Assembly: GCF_009914755.1 (NCBI RefSeq)
Contig: NC_060925.1
Source of the DNA: the human T2T-CHM13v2.0 reference genome, Homo sapiens
Length of the DNA stretch: 64,000 bases
Reading direction: 5' to 3' (one strand)
The number at the start of each line of letters is the position of its first letter. Position 1 is the first letter of the stretch. The notes under the pieces were generated by a model. The model ran no database searches, was not told the DNA's origin, and worked only from the letters and a program-made list of their open reading frames with translations. Shown one piece after another: positions 1 to 12,300 of the stretch. The position numbers and the translations under genes were made by a program.

Positions 1-1489
1 AATGTCAGGTCTCACCATCGTTGTCGTCATTAGCACCACATACAAGTGCATTCCCCAAACCCACCACATCTGAGAAACTGAATCTTTCAGGGCCACATGC
101 TGAGAATACACTGGTGGGTGCTCCCCTTCTGTTAATGAAACACAGAGGACGAGTTGATCCTTAGGCAAGTTTCTAAGGAAAGGGGGATACATTTAAAAAG
201 CAAACCATTACTATGTAGCTATTTTAAAATAATGCTGCCACTCTTGCATCAGAAACAAGTCATAATTTTGTTTATTCTTCATTTCTCATTTCCATATTCG
301 TTTAATAACAAAATGGGAGAAACATTAGTGGGAGATAGTAATTGTAAAAGTAGCAATAAAGTTAATGGCAACATTAAAAATACTGTACACCTATAAACAC
401 GGCAATATTCAAGGCAATTTGAAATATCAAGTAACTCACAAATTGATGACACATGTAAGTGAACCATACATTTAGGGTCAGTGGCCTGTTAGTCCATTAG
501 AAAAAAGGAAAAATAATAATAATTCTGTTTAAAGACCATTCCTAAGTGGTCAATAAAGAATGATTAGTTCATAAAACATCAACTCTGGACATAAATAAAT
601 TGAGAAACCCTTTCCAGGAGATCGCCAGGGGAACATTCAGGATACCAGAAGGCAAAACAATGTAAGACTGAAGCCAAGCACTATAAATCCATCCAGAAAG
701 AGGGCTCCCATGCCTCGGGGCACTGCTTCCAGATCCCCATCCTCTGCTTCTGCAGGCAAAATCATGGGTGTGTTTAAAATCAACAATAATAACTATAGCC
801 TTCATCTGCTGATCTAAATGATTCTACAACACACAGGAATCATAGAGCCCAGAACGTTGGCTTAAGGGAGAGCCTAGGTATTGATTCTGCCAGAGTCTAT
901 TTCATATATGAGGGATCTGACATTTGGAAAAACTCTAAAATGGGTTTTCCAGAGGCCAAGAAAGTATCCTGTGAACCTGGACTGCCATATTAGGCTCCTG
1001 AGGGTAGCCTCAGCAACCCTAGCACAACCGTCCAAAAAAGAAGGAAAAAATAACTGAAACACACCCCAGGAGCCTTCTTTTGCTCATGTGTCCAGAAGAC
1101 TCCTTTGGGAACCTAATGGAAGCTGTGTATCCTCTCCCTTGAAAAGGGTACCAAAAAATCTGAGTGTTTACATCCTCCAGTCCCAACCTGAGCCTGTTTA
1201 TAACCCCTGCAACAGTAGCAGGTGGTATCATGGAAAGACCAGGCATAAATGAGCTATTTTCATCAAAGTAATTCAAAGAGCGAGCTATGACAGTTGGATC
1301 AAACTATTCAGGCCTGGAAATAGAGGACGGAATCCAGGCTGATTTCCTGCCATGTTGGAAATACTGCTTGCCTCTGTGACCAGATCAGATGGCTTGACAA
1401 TGATGGGAATACAGTGTGGCTATCTGGGAGGTGGGGTGGAAGAGAAAAGGGCAACTTATATAAATATAGCTCAGTAAATACACTGGCAT

Positions 1490-1750
1490 AAGGCATTAGG
1501 TAGACCTGGGTACAAATTCTAGCTATGCATTTAACAGTGACCCCAGCCAGGTTACTTAGCTTGTAACCCTGGACTTCCTTAACTGTATAATTAGGATAAC
1601 AAGACTAACCTTGCATAGTTGTATTTAGGATTAGGGATTACACACATACACACACACACACACACAGAGAGAGAAAGAGAGAGAGAGAGCGCCCAGCATG
1701 GTGTCTATCACATAGCTGGTATGCAATAAAACATGACTGCTATTATTGTT
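1490..1750 (+). mobile_element. MIR SINE remnant, split by a microsatellite
   Basis: MIR-core-like AGACCTGGGTACAAATTCTAGCT...TTGCATAGTTGTATTTAGGATTA, with a MIR-like 3' end resuming after 1690. Confidence 0.6.
1640..1689. repeat. Compound (CA)n(GA)n microsatellite
   Basis: Directly visible. Confidence 0.95.
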
Positions 1751-1751
1751 G

Positions 1752-2150
1752 TTCACTCATTCATTGAATGTATTTATTAACCATTTACTATGGTGCCAAG
1801 CACTAGGGTTTTAATAAGCAAGCCAGATGAAGCAGTGTCCTTAAGTTGTTCACAGCCTAATGGAAGCTACAGATAAGAAAACAAACCACTGCACCATGGT
1901 GTAATCTTTGTGAGGGTGAGGAATTTTCAGGGTACTATGGAAGCCCCTAAAACAACTTGGGGAGTCAGAAATGGCTTCCAGGGAGAACTGCTATTTGAGA
2001 CAAAACCTAAAGAATAACAAGGGTTGGCTGGGCCATAAGGATGGGGCGAAGATGTCAGGTAGAGGTGCAGGAGGAGGTATCTTGCTCTAGTTCAAGAGCA
2101 GATATTTGAGAGAGCTTGTTAAAGGACAGGCTGGAGAGTGAAGGGAGAGC
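1752..2150 (-). mobile_element. L2 LINE 3' remnant
   Basis: TTCACTCATTCATTGAATGTATTTATT...GTGCCAAGCACTAGG is a typical antisense L2 tail. Confidence 0.6.
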
Positions 2151-2279
2151 TTACAAGCCATTTCTCAGAGTTTAGCCTTCACACCATCCCTGTATTGGCA
2201 AACAGCAATGGCAAGTATTAAATCATGGGGAGATTAGGCACAGACAACACATCGATAAAACCAAACCAGGTTTACTTAC

Positions 2280-2377
2280 CTGAATAAGGAAGAAACTCAA
2301 AATACAGAGATAACTGTATTATCCAAGACCAAGATACAAGCTTCTGGCCACTGAATTCTGCATGAGAGGGTACACAG
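2280..2377 (-). other. Candidate 98-nt internal exon (non-coding or 5'UTR)
   Basis: Minus-strand acceptor TTTTCACTTTTAG| and perfect consensus donor CAG|GTAAGT in unique sequence. Confidence 0.45.
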
Positions 2378-3759
2378 CTAAAAGTGAAAACATGAATGAG
2401 TAAAGGTCACACCAGACCCTCTGGAGACCTGATTTTCTCCCCCATTTTTAGCCTACCACAGAGGGTCTCATTTAATTCTTTCAGCAACATAAGCTCCACA
2501 TGTCTATACCCACCAGTGGAAGGCAGTCAGTTTGACCAGCCCTAGTGAAGCCTTCAGACGTTCCCTGCTGATTCTGCACTGCCCTGAGAGACCCAAGGGA
2601 CCGTCCGTACGATACCTTTCAAGTTTCCTTTAAGGGCATATACAGCTCTGTAATGAACATCTTCAGCTTCTTCAGAACATTTCTCACAGGATGAGCCAAG
2701 GACCAAAAGAAATCAGACCACAGTCTCATTTTCTAGTAAGAAAATCCTCTGATAGAATCATGGCCAGTGGTTGAGATAAATTATAGAAGCTTGATGTATG
2801 TCATCAAAGCAGTCTTTGCTTCATTAAAACACAATAATGGTCCCTTAAAAATAGGATTGTGTTAATAAATTGATGCATGAACAATTTCCAGGAGCATATC
2901 TTAAAGTGAAACTCACCTCAAATATTTGTCTAAGGAGAAGCAAACTAGTGGCTGTGGTAAAACTGGTTAACCAGTTCTACTTAAAGTCCTCTCTTGTATT
3001 AAGTCCCTTTGCCTGGGACTCTATTTCCCTGTTATATTTCTGCCCCAGACCTATCAGATCACCTTTCTTATTTTCCAGGCATTTGGAAACTATCTTTTTC
3101 AATCACTTTTCTTTTGTTCAATGTGGTGTGCGTCATAAAAATAAAGGAGAGGGTCTCCATAGATAGACTGTAATTGTGAACAGTTTCAAAGAAGTTTTAA
3201 ATAACTCCCTGATTCTTAGAATCAATTTAAAATAAGCGATGTTGTATGGGCATGAGTGCTTCTTGGGGAGATTGGTAATGCTCCCTCGGCTAGCAGTGGA
3301 GTAGCTGAGCTAACAAGGAGTTCCTGGTGCCAGGTGGGTCTTTGCACACTGAATTCGTGTCTGTAGGGAGAAGCAGCTGCCGCTCAGATCTGAACTGGGA
3401 AGAGATGACTTTAACCTTGGGCAATAACTAGAGTTCTGAATGGCAGCTGCTCTGCAAGATTGAGGAAATAACAGAGGTTCTCAGGCAGCATAATTGGATA
3501 CCAGCATAAGTTGTTGTTTTGTTTTTTTTTTAAGAGAGGGAGAGAGAAAAAAAGGTATGGAAAAGAGAGGAAGAGGAAGGAGAAGAAAAAGGAGAAAAAT
3601 GGTAACTGGCAACTTTACCATTATCAAGCATCACAATCTAGTCACTAAGCATAGAAGAAAGGCTCTTTTTTAATTAGAGAAATAAGCAGGTTAGTCACAC
3701 ACTAATCAAGACCTATTTTTGCTTGAATTAGGTCAGTCTTCGTTAAATGCCTCTCTAGA

Positions 3760-4150
3760 AATAGGCGGAGGTCGAACTCTCCATGGGTGGTTTGCATGGA
3801 TGCAGCAGAGGTGACTCACGTTTGCCGATCTTAAGAGCTGTACAGATGGCTGGGAGTGGCCGATTAAAACCTCCTTGACAACTCCTCGGAGACTGAAGAC
3901 CACCCACCTCCATCTTCACTGGGAGCAAATGGACTGTAGAGTGAGCAACATGGTTTCTGACCTGATCCTCAGGCCAGGGGGTAAACAAAGGCAGCTTGAC
4001 CTTTTGCTAAACAGAGTGTCCGGGAAAATAATCCTCAGCTTGTTTTGAATGCACGCTGGACAGAGAATTACTGGTAATTTTGTGAACCGGTAGGTCTCTG
4101 CACTGCAATAAGAAGCCACCGTAACTGGGTCCTCGTGGTGTGACTGATTC
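3760..4150 (-). promoter_or_regulatory. Candidate promoter/enhancer with a first exon ending at a donor after 3820
   Basis: Locally elevated CpG; FOX site GTAAACA (3981-3987); nuclear-receptor half-site AAAGGTCA on minus (3997-4004); GC-box-like AGGCGGAG (~3763); AP-1 TGACTCA (3812-3818) overlapping minus-strand donor AAC|GTGAGT. Confidence 0.4.
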
Positions 4151-4379
4151 ATTTTCAGTCTACCCAGACTGTCCTGGTTTTAAAATGGAAAATCCTACAA
4201 CCTGGGAATCCCCTTAGTTCACTGCAAACCAACAATTGGTCATCTTTGCTCTCCTCACAAAGAGTAAGATGCAAGGCCAAATTTTGGCTTGAATGCTGTT
4301 CCAGGTTCTCCACAGTTGGTGAAAAATCATTGAATGAGAAAATGTGCAGGATGAAAGGGATATTAGTAACTACCTGATC

Positions 4380-4572
4380 CAGTAGTTCTCAAACTTCAGT
4401 GTGTATCAGAACCCCCTGGGCTGCTTATTGAAAATGTAAATGTCTGGGTTCTATTGCAAAAATCTGATTCCATCCATATGTCTTAGGTAGGGTCCCAAAT
4501 TCTGCAATTTTATAAGCACCTTAGATGACTCTGATTATACATGGTCCAAGGACCTATGTTTGGAAAGCAGGG
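4380..4572. mobile_element. MER5A-like hAT-Charlie DNA transposon
   Basis: CAGTAGTTCTCAAACTT end and the internal TCTGCAATTTTATAAGCAC motif. Confidence 0.7.
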
Positions 4573-5995
4573 ATTTAATTACAGCTCATTTTATGGATAA
4601 GAAGTCTATGTTGCCTGAAGCCACACAATACGCAACTGCAACCTGGTCTAAAATAAAGCCTCAAATATGCACTCCACTCCTGGTTCAAATTTATTTTCAT
4701 TTATAGCATTTCGGGATTACATGGTCCCTTTCCTTGCGACTGTCTGATCATGTTATCCTTCTCGAAAATATCATTTCAGAAAATATTTGACAAAAAGAAA
4801 ATAGAGACTTCACTAGATGTAGCCATATTTATAGGGTTTGGCATTTCTTTTCTGTGAGTAGCTGATGCCAGCTTCAAAGGAACAGAAGCTGTAATGTCTT
4901 GTTTTCCTTCTTGAGAAGTTTCTTAGAAGCACCAGCTGCTTTGAGCCAGTCTGCTTTTGTATACAAGGTTCCGAGACCTCACACTGATTCAGCCAGGGCA
5001 GGGGATGTTAATTTTAAAGGTACCTGAGATTAGACATAATAAAACAATTCAGGCTCCCAAATTTGCAGTTTATAGAATTGGACCCAAGGCATTTCATGTC
5101 AGTATGCCTCATCTCTGGTTTTTCCATAGCATATAGAATCAGTCCTTAAATTTCAGGGCAAAGGGTAAGCTTTCTAATGTGGTATTTTAAGCTGGCTTTA
5201 ACTAAAAAGCTGGCAATTTGGGATGCGACCCGTTTCATGTTGTTTTATTCTGTGTCTGTCTTCTCCCATTTTATTTTTTGTTTTTATATCTGAACGCATA
5301 CTGCTAGTCTTCAGAAATCTTCCTCCATGTGACTTTTATCTAATAATGCTCATAGACTTGTCCTCTGGAGCTACCTAAGTCTAATTCCTATTCCAGAAGA
5401 CAATTCTTCAAATATTTGGAAAAAGTTATCAAGACCTACCTAGGCTATACATCCCTAATTTATTCAGGTGTCAAGCCCCCTTTCCAAACTCCTAGTTCTC
5501 CTCCAGGTGTGATTTACAACATTACTGTCTTTTTAAAGTGCATCATCCAGAACTGAACCCAGATCCTCATCCCCACCCCATCTCCTCCCATGCAGCATCT
5601 ATCATTAGAACTGGGTGAGGTGAACGGAGGAGACCCACAGACCCACAGAAAAGCACAAAGATTTCCACAATCTTTGTGGAATCTTTGTGGAATCTTTCAC
5701 CCTGTGAAAAGGGCCCCATCCAGAATATGGAGGGAGAAAGCATCCATTCCTCTTACCTTCCAGGTGTGGACTGGGAATTGTTTTAGCAATGGTGACAATA
5801 AATTGAAGCCAAGTGGAGATGTGGAGACAATCCATTCAAAACATTGGTATGATTGATGCAATGGACTGAATGTTTGTGTCTCCCCAAAATTCATATGTTA
5901 AAACTCTAACTCCAGTGTGATGGTATTTAGAGGTGAGGCCAATGGGAGCTAATTAGATCTGGAGGGTAGAGCCCTCATAAATGGGATGGGTATCC

Positions 5996-6357
5996 GTCTT
6001 AGTCAACTTGTGCTGCTATAACAACATGCCATAGACTGAGTGATTTATAAAGAACAGAGATTTATTTCTTGGAGTTGCGGAGGCTGTGAAGTCCAAGATC
6101 AAGGCACCAGCATTGGTGCCTGGTAAGGGCTGCTGTCTCTTACAGGATGGCATCTAGTAGCTGTGTCTTCACATGGCAGAAGGCAGGAGGGCAAGAGAGT
6201 GCTCCCTTCAACCTCCAGCCCTTTTATAAGGGTGCTCCACCCTCATGACTTCATGGCAGATGTGACCTGCCAAAGGCCACACCTCTTAATACTTTTGTAT
6301 TGGAGGTTAAGTTTTAACATGAATTTTGGAGTGGCACCATCAATCAAACCACTGTAA
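5996..6357 (-). mobile_element. MST-type MaLR LTR nested in MLT1A
   Basis: GTCTTAGTCAACTTGTGCTGCTATAAC...GAAGTCCAAGATCAAGG; degenerate 5-bp TSD TATCC/TACCC. Confidence 0.75.
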
Positions 6358-6431
6358 TACCCTTACAAGGAAAGGCCAGAAAGGTAGCTAGTACTCTTTC
6401 CACCACATAAGCAACACAACAAGAAGATGGC

Positions 6432-6885
6432 ACATATACACCATGGAATACTATGCAGCCATAAAAAGTGATGAGTTCATGTCCTTTGTAGGGACATGGA
6501 TGAAGCTGGAAATCATCATTCTCAGCAAACTATTGCAAGGACAGAAAACCAAACACTGCATGTTCTCACTCATAGGTGGGAATTGAACAATGAGAACACA
6601 TGGACACAGGAAGGGGAACATCACACACCGGGGCCTGTTGTGGGGTGGGGGGAGGGGGGAGGGATAGCATTAGGAGATATACCTAATGTTAAATGACGAG
6701 TTAATGGGTGCAGCATACCAACATTGCACATGTATATATATGTAACAATCCTGCACGTTGTGCACATGTACCCTAAAACTTAAAGTATAATAAAAAAAAG
6801 AAAAAATAAAATAAAATAGGTTTTATGGTATGTAAATTATATCTTAATAAAGCTGCTTTGAAAAAATGTGAAAAAAAAAAAAAAA
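6432..6885 (+). mobile_element. 5'-truncated L1PA (PA3-5-like) 3' end carrying a 3' transduction
   Basis: Canonical L1PA 3'UTR with G-tract ending CCCTAAAACTTAAAGTATAAT; TSD AAGAAGATGGC at 6421-6431 and 6886-6896. Confidence 0.92.
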
Positions 6886-7169
6886 AAGAAGATGGCCACC
6901 TGCAAACCAGGAAGCAGGCCCTCACCAGACACCGTATCTGCTGCATCTTGATCTTGGACTTCCTAGCTTCCAGAACAGTGAGAAATAAATGTTGTTTAAG
7001 CCACCCAGTCTGTGGTAATGTGTTATAACAGCTGGAGCTGAGTATGATAACCAACTTCTTGAGCCACAGTTCCTACAGACTGGGTTGCATATGTTTCAAA
7101 GAAAAGCATTTTTTTTCAATAAAACATTCTTTATTCATGAATTGTAGAGTTTTGCCTTAACATTTTTGT

Positions 7170-7310
7170 CCTTTAACAACTTTAGTGAGATACAATTCAC
7201 ATATCTCACAGTGCATCCATGTATAATTACAATTTAATGGTTTTTATTATATGGAATTGTGCAACTATCACCACTGACAACCTTAGAATGTTTTCATCAC
7301 CTCAAAAACA
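7170..7310 (-). mobile_element. Old L1M 3' end fragment
   Basis: ACTTTAGTGAGATACAATTCACATAT...GCAACTATCACCAC. Confidence 0.6.
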
Positions 7311-7544
7311 TAATCAAATTTTAGGCATTGTCTTAATCAATTTATTTACTAATTTCACCCATTTACAGGACATTTACTTTGTATAGTAATGACTGTCCAG
7401 TCAGTACTAAATATTATAAGAACTCAATATGAAAGAATGAGGAATAAAGAGGGAGATTTACTACTTGGAGACTAAATGACCCTGGTGTACAATATTAATA
7501 TGCCATGTATTTATTTATGCCATTTATTTATTACTATGCCAATT

Positions 7545-7760
7545 TTGTATAGCAACTAAGAGCAAAGACTCTGGGGCCAAACTGGCTGGGTTCAAATATT
7601 GCTTTCACTACCTCCTGACCCTGGGAAAGTCATTTCCATGGGAAACATGAAGACAATCATTGTTCCTACCTCATATGATTCTTACAAGGATTAAATAGAT
7701 TAATATGCACAATATTTAGGACAGAGCTGGTTCTCAATCAGTGTTTGCTAATCTTATTGT
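7545..7760 (+). mobile_element. MIR remnant
   Basis: AAGAGCAAAGACTCTGGGGCCAAACTGGCTGGGTTCAAAT core. Confidence 0.65.
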
Positions 7761-8738
7761 ATATAAAGTAATCCTATATATTCTGACCTTCTACTAGGGT
7801 AATCCTTCATGACTCTGAAGGCTGTGAGATTTTGTATTTGTACATATACTCTGCCAGCAGTTCAGTATGCATCAAGAATGTGGTTAGAATGAGATATCTT
7901 TGAAATTATTCATGATCGGATGTTTTACCTGGGAGAAAAAATAGAGATAGTCTAATCTTATTTAATGAATGAAAAGGAAACAAAAAAGAAGCTCAGAGAG
8001 GTAACTTATTCACTCAAGTTCACACAGCTACCGAATGGCAGTTCTTGGCTTAAAAACAAGGTTTTCTGTCATTTAAGTTTGCCAGTGCCCAGAATGGTAC
8101 TTAGTACATAATAGGTACTAAAATGTTTAATTGAAGGAAATGGATGATTCACTTAGAATATGCTAGAGTGATATAAAAGAGTCACTGACCTTTCAGTTTC
8201 TTTATTGCAACATGCTTTCTCTCACCTCCGGACTGAGGCATGCATTTTATTTACCTTGAAAATCTTTCCCAACTATCTTTTGCCAGCTTCCTACTCAACC
8301 TTCAGGAGGAGCTGAGGCGAAAAATCTTCCCCAATGGCAAATAAGTCTGGGTGGAGCACTTCTTCTATGTACTCCCATAGTACCTTGTACTTTCCCTGTT
8401 ATCGCCATATTATAGAATCACACCAAATTATAATTGGTCAATCCATTCTACTAGAATGTAAGCTACACAAAGGCAAGGACTGTGTTAATGTTTCAACAGT
8501 TTTTATTTCTGACACAACAGGGACCTAGCATAGAGTAATAATATTTTCAGAGGAACATTAGAAACCATGGAAGGAACTGATGATTGTTCCCAATATTTGT
8601 TCTCCCTTCTTCTTCTAAGAACAGAATTTTCTCACTGGTATTTTAGGTCACATGACTACCAAACCAGAGACAGCATTGCCCAGCCCACCTTGGAGCTAGA
8701 TGTAGACAGTCATTAAGTTTTCACCAGTGGAATCAAAG

Positions 8739-9405
8739 TGTGGCAGGCCTGGTCTTACTAATGCAGGCCTCCATAACAACTGATTCAGCACTGACTGAGT
8801 GGTTAAGTTAAATATTAAAAGCTGATAGAGCCAGTGCCCTTACACAAAGGCTGGAATGTAACAAAAGCCCACCAAGAGTTTTGCCCACACCTTTCCTGGG
8901 CCTTACACGATAACTAAGATAACAAGACAATGAAGGAATTCTTAACAGGGCCCGTTTAGAATTAAACGAGTTTTACTGGGGTTTTGAAAAAACTCTCCAG
9001 ACTTCCACGAACAAGTTTACTGGGGGTCTGAAGGAACTCCCCAAACCTCCATAATTTAGCAGAAGACAAGATAAGGGTAATCACCCCAGCACCTGGACAC
9101 ATTTAGGTTAAGTAAATTTACTAAGGATCCAGAAGGAGGTCTTCAGGACTCAGATCTTGGTTATAGATTAAAAGAAATTAATCACTATGTCTTTAGATAA
9201 ATGCACACTTGCACATAGACATATAGCTTAGAAGGTATATAAGCTATGGAAAACTTTGTCATTTTTGAGTTTTTCTGGCAGTATTTTCCAGGCCTTCTCC
9301 CTGTACCTGGTTACAGAAATAAACTCTCTTCTTTCCCAGTTCATCTGCATCTCATTATTGGGCCACGAGAATAAGCAGCCTGACCCTCATTTTGGTCTGG
9401 GAACA
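8739..9405 (+). mobile_element. ERV1-class solo LTR (MER39-like, tentative) inserted in an old MLT1 LTR
   Basis: TG...CA ends, 4-bp TSD AAAG (8735-8738, 9406-9409), TATATAA at ~9236 and AATAAA at ~9318. Confidence 0.8.
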
Positions 9406-10377
9406 AAAGTGCAAGTGATACATACAACTTTCTTAAAAAGAAATGCTTACAATCGACTTTTTCCTCTTCCCTTCTTTATTTGGGCTAGAAGGCAGATATG
9501 GTGCTGGTAAGCCAAATGGGAGCAGGTGAGGGTGGAACATATGCCCAAGGGATGGGGAAGCAGCCAGGTAGAAGGAAACAAAGTTCTTGGATGATCGTGT
9601 AGGGTAAGGTAGTACTGTCTGACCTATGATGACTGGCTGCCTAACTTTGGATTGTTAAATGAGGAAATATATAAACCTATAACTTGTTCAAACTCCTATG
9701 CTTTGAGGTCTTTGTTATAGCTTCTTAGGCCTTTCGTTAACTAAAATAAAAACAAAGCATAAGTATTCCAAACAATCACCCACCATTCAGAGCCTTTGAA
9801 ATTCTAGATACTAGCATTACTTAAGCTCTATTGCTTGCAAAGAATAGCTACATCCACTCAGGTTAGCACTAGTACTGGAGGAAATTTCATAAGGCTATCT
9901 CTGGACATAAGAATAGCAGTAATCTTGACCATATGACCAGATGCCACTGAGACTGGAAAAAGTTTGTAGTCTGCAGAATTCTGGTGACCTGGCAGATAGG
10001 CTAACAACTGACCCCTTAGAAGCAGGCATCCATTCAAGGCAACCCCGTATCCCCAGCCCACACCATCAGCATGACTCAGCTACTCTCCCCATGGCTGATT
10101 CCCCCTGGTCTTTCCACTTCTTTCTTCTTTTTTTTATGTAATTCTGATTCTCTCATATCGCAGAGTTCAAAAGCTCAAGGGGGGGTAAAAAAACCCTGAT
10201 TAACCCAATTTAAGCAACATTTAATGGGCTACTGGCCAAACTATAGATGGGCAGCTTTTATTTGAGATGTCTTTCAGGCATAAATTAGCTGCAGCTAAAT
10301 TGGGATTAGGAGTCATATGGCACAGAACATGGCCATGTCTGTATTAGAATCTGCTCAATAGTTTGTCTTCAGCAGGA

Positions 10378-10891
10378 GTATATTAGTTTTCTATTGCTGT
10401 TATAACAAATTTCTAAAAATTTAGTGGCTTAAAGTGACACAAATTTTGTTATCTTACACTTCTATAGAGCAGAAAGCCAACATGGATCTTACCTGGCAAA
10501 GGTCAACAAGTAAGCAGGGTGTATTCCCTTCCGGAAACTCTAGGGGAGAATGCATTTCCTTTCCTTTTTTAGCTTCTAGAGACCTCCCACATTCTTTTGC
10601 TCATGGCCTGCTCTTCTGTCTTCAAAGTCTGCAACATCTGGCCATGTCCTTCTCATACTGCTATCTGTCTGGTTCTCTCTTTTGCCTCCCTTTTCTGCTT
10701 TTAAATACCCTTGGTTTTACATTTGGCCCACTCAAATAATCCAGGATAATCTCCCTATTTTGAGGTAAACCAATAAGCAAACTTAATTCCACCCTCTCCC
10801 TTAATTCCTTTTTGCCGTGTAATAATGTAACATGCAGGTTGGAGGAATTAGATGTGAACATCTTCAGAAGGCCATTATTCTGCCTACCACA
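10378..10891 (-). mobile_element. MLT1D-like MaLR LTR
   Basis: TATTAGTTTTCTATTGCTGTTATAACAAAT...GCCATTATTCTGCCTACCACA. Confidence 0.75.
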
Positions 10892-10984
10892 AGGAGACTA
10901 CAGATGAAAGTTTGCTGGCCTACCATGATAACTTTCTCCTATATTTTCTTATAGGACAAACATTTTGTATATTTTGTTTATGGT

Positions 10985-11520
10985 ATTAAGAATTGAAGCT
11001 CCTTTTTAGCCCATATGGATATCAAGTTGTTCTAGCACCCTTAAAACAGAAACAAAAGCAAAAGACTAAACTTATTCCATTCAATTATATTGGATTGTTA
11101 AAACAAAAATCAACTGACCATATACATGTGGGTCTGTTTCTGGAATATTTATAATGTTCTATTATTCTATAAGTTTATATTTATACCAACCATACTGTCT
11201 TGGTAGTTTTATAATAAATCTTGAAATCAAATAGTGTTAGCCCAACATTTTCTTTTTCAAAATTGTTTTGACTATTCTTAGTTCTTTGTATTTTTACATA
11301 AATTGTAGAATCACCTTGTCAATTTCCTCAACAGTAGCCTGTTATGATTATTATCTGGATTGTATTAAATCCTTTCAAATATTGTTGGGTTAATTTTATA
11401 AATTGCTTACTTCAAATCTGTTAATATTTTATCAAGGATTTTTACATTTATGGTTATGAGAAATATTGGTCTATAGTTTTTTTTTCTTGTAATATTTTGG
11501 GGATAAGAATAATGACAGCC
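10985..11520 (-). mobile_element. Old L1M ORF2 remnant
   Basis: Antisense L1 ORF2-like ATGGATATCAAGTTGTTCTAGCACC...TTTTCAAAATTGTTTTGACTATTCT. Confidence 0.6.
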
Positions 11521-12300
11521 TCATGTCTTGAGAGAGGTTTTGATGTGCACCTCTAACTCTATAGATTTAGAATTAGTTTCAAGCAATAAACCCATCCTGG
11601 TGTTCCCCAAAGTCCTTTTACCCTGGACAATGATCAGCCCTCCCTGTGAGCCTGAGATTCATTGATATAGACCTGAATGTGTGCAGAGGAGTATTACAGA
11701 AAAGATAAAGGTAGAGACCAAAAACTGATTCCCAGCCCTGGTAAAATTTATCAAATAACTAAATGGAGAAGTCAATAGGGCCTAAATAAAGGTAAAAATA
11801 ACCTCTGCTGAAAAGTTTTCTCATTTGTTATCATTCAGTCTGAGCTGAAATGTATCGGGGGAAATGGGTAATATTTGTATATGTCTGCACTCCTCTTGCT
11901 ACCTTTCAGCCTAAAGCTGTAGTGCATCCATAGGAATGGCTATGTCCTTCACTGTAAATGATTAGCATCATAATTTCCAAGCACGAGTATTAAATATGAA
12001 TACTTGTAAAAAAACTTCCTTTTACAAGTATTCATATTTATAAGAAATAAAACCCTCTTCCTTTTAAACTCACCAACTAGGGCCTCTTAGGGCACTCTTG
12101 CCTTGTTTTGATCAAACTTGCAGAGCAGCAACTGTTACTGTTTAGAAGGAATGACTTTTAGAAAGAACCATACTGTCTCCTTAAAATTGTTTCCTGTGCG
12201 AAAGCTATAAGGCTGTAAGTAGGAAATGCACGCACATACAAGTAGGGTATATATCTACATATTAAAACCACAAATGCAGATGTGTATTTAAAAGTTCATT

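Larger units (their letters stand above)
5856..7050 (+). mobile_element. MLT1A-type MaLR LTR, interrupted by an MST LTR and an L1PA
   Basis: ATGGACTGAATGTTTGTGTCTCCCCAAAATTCATATGTT start; continues AAGAAGATGGCCACCTGCAAACCAGGAAGCAGGCCCTCACCAGAC...AATAAATGTTGTTTAAGCCACCCAG. Confidence 0.8.

Noticed and set aside
3755-3988. Minus-strand ORF MEVGGLQSPRSC... as a coding first exon
   Set aside because: No recognisable protein similarity; splicing to the 2280-2377 exon in that phase hits a stop, so only a non-coding exon is proposed
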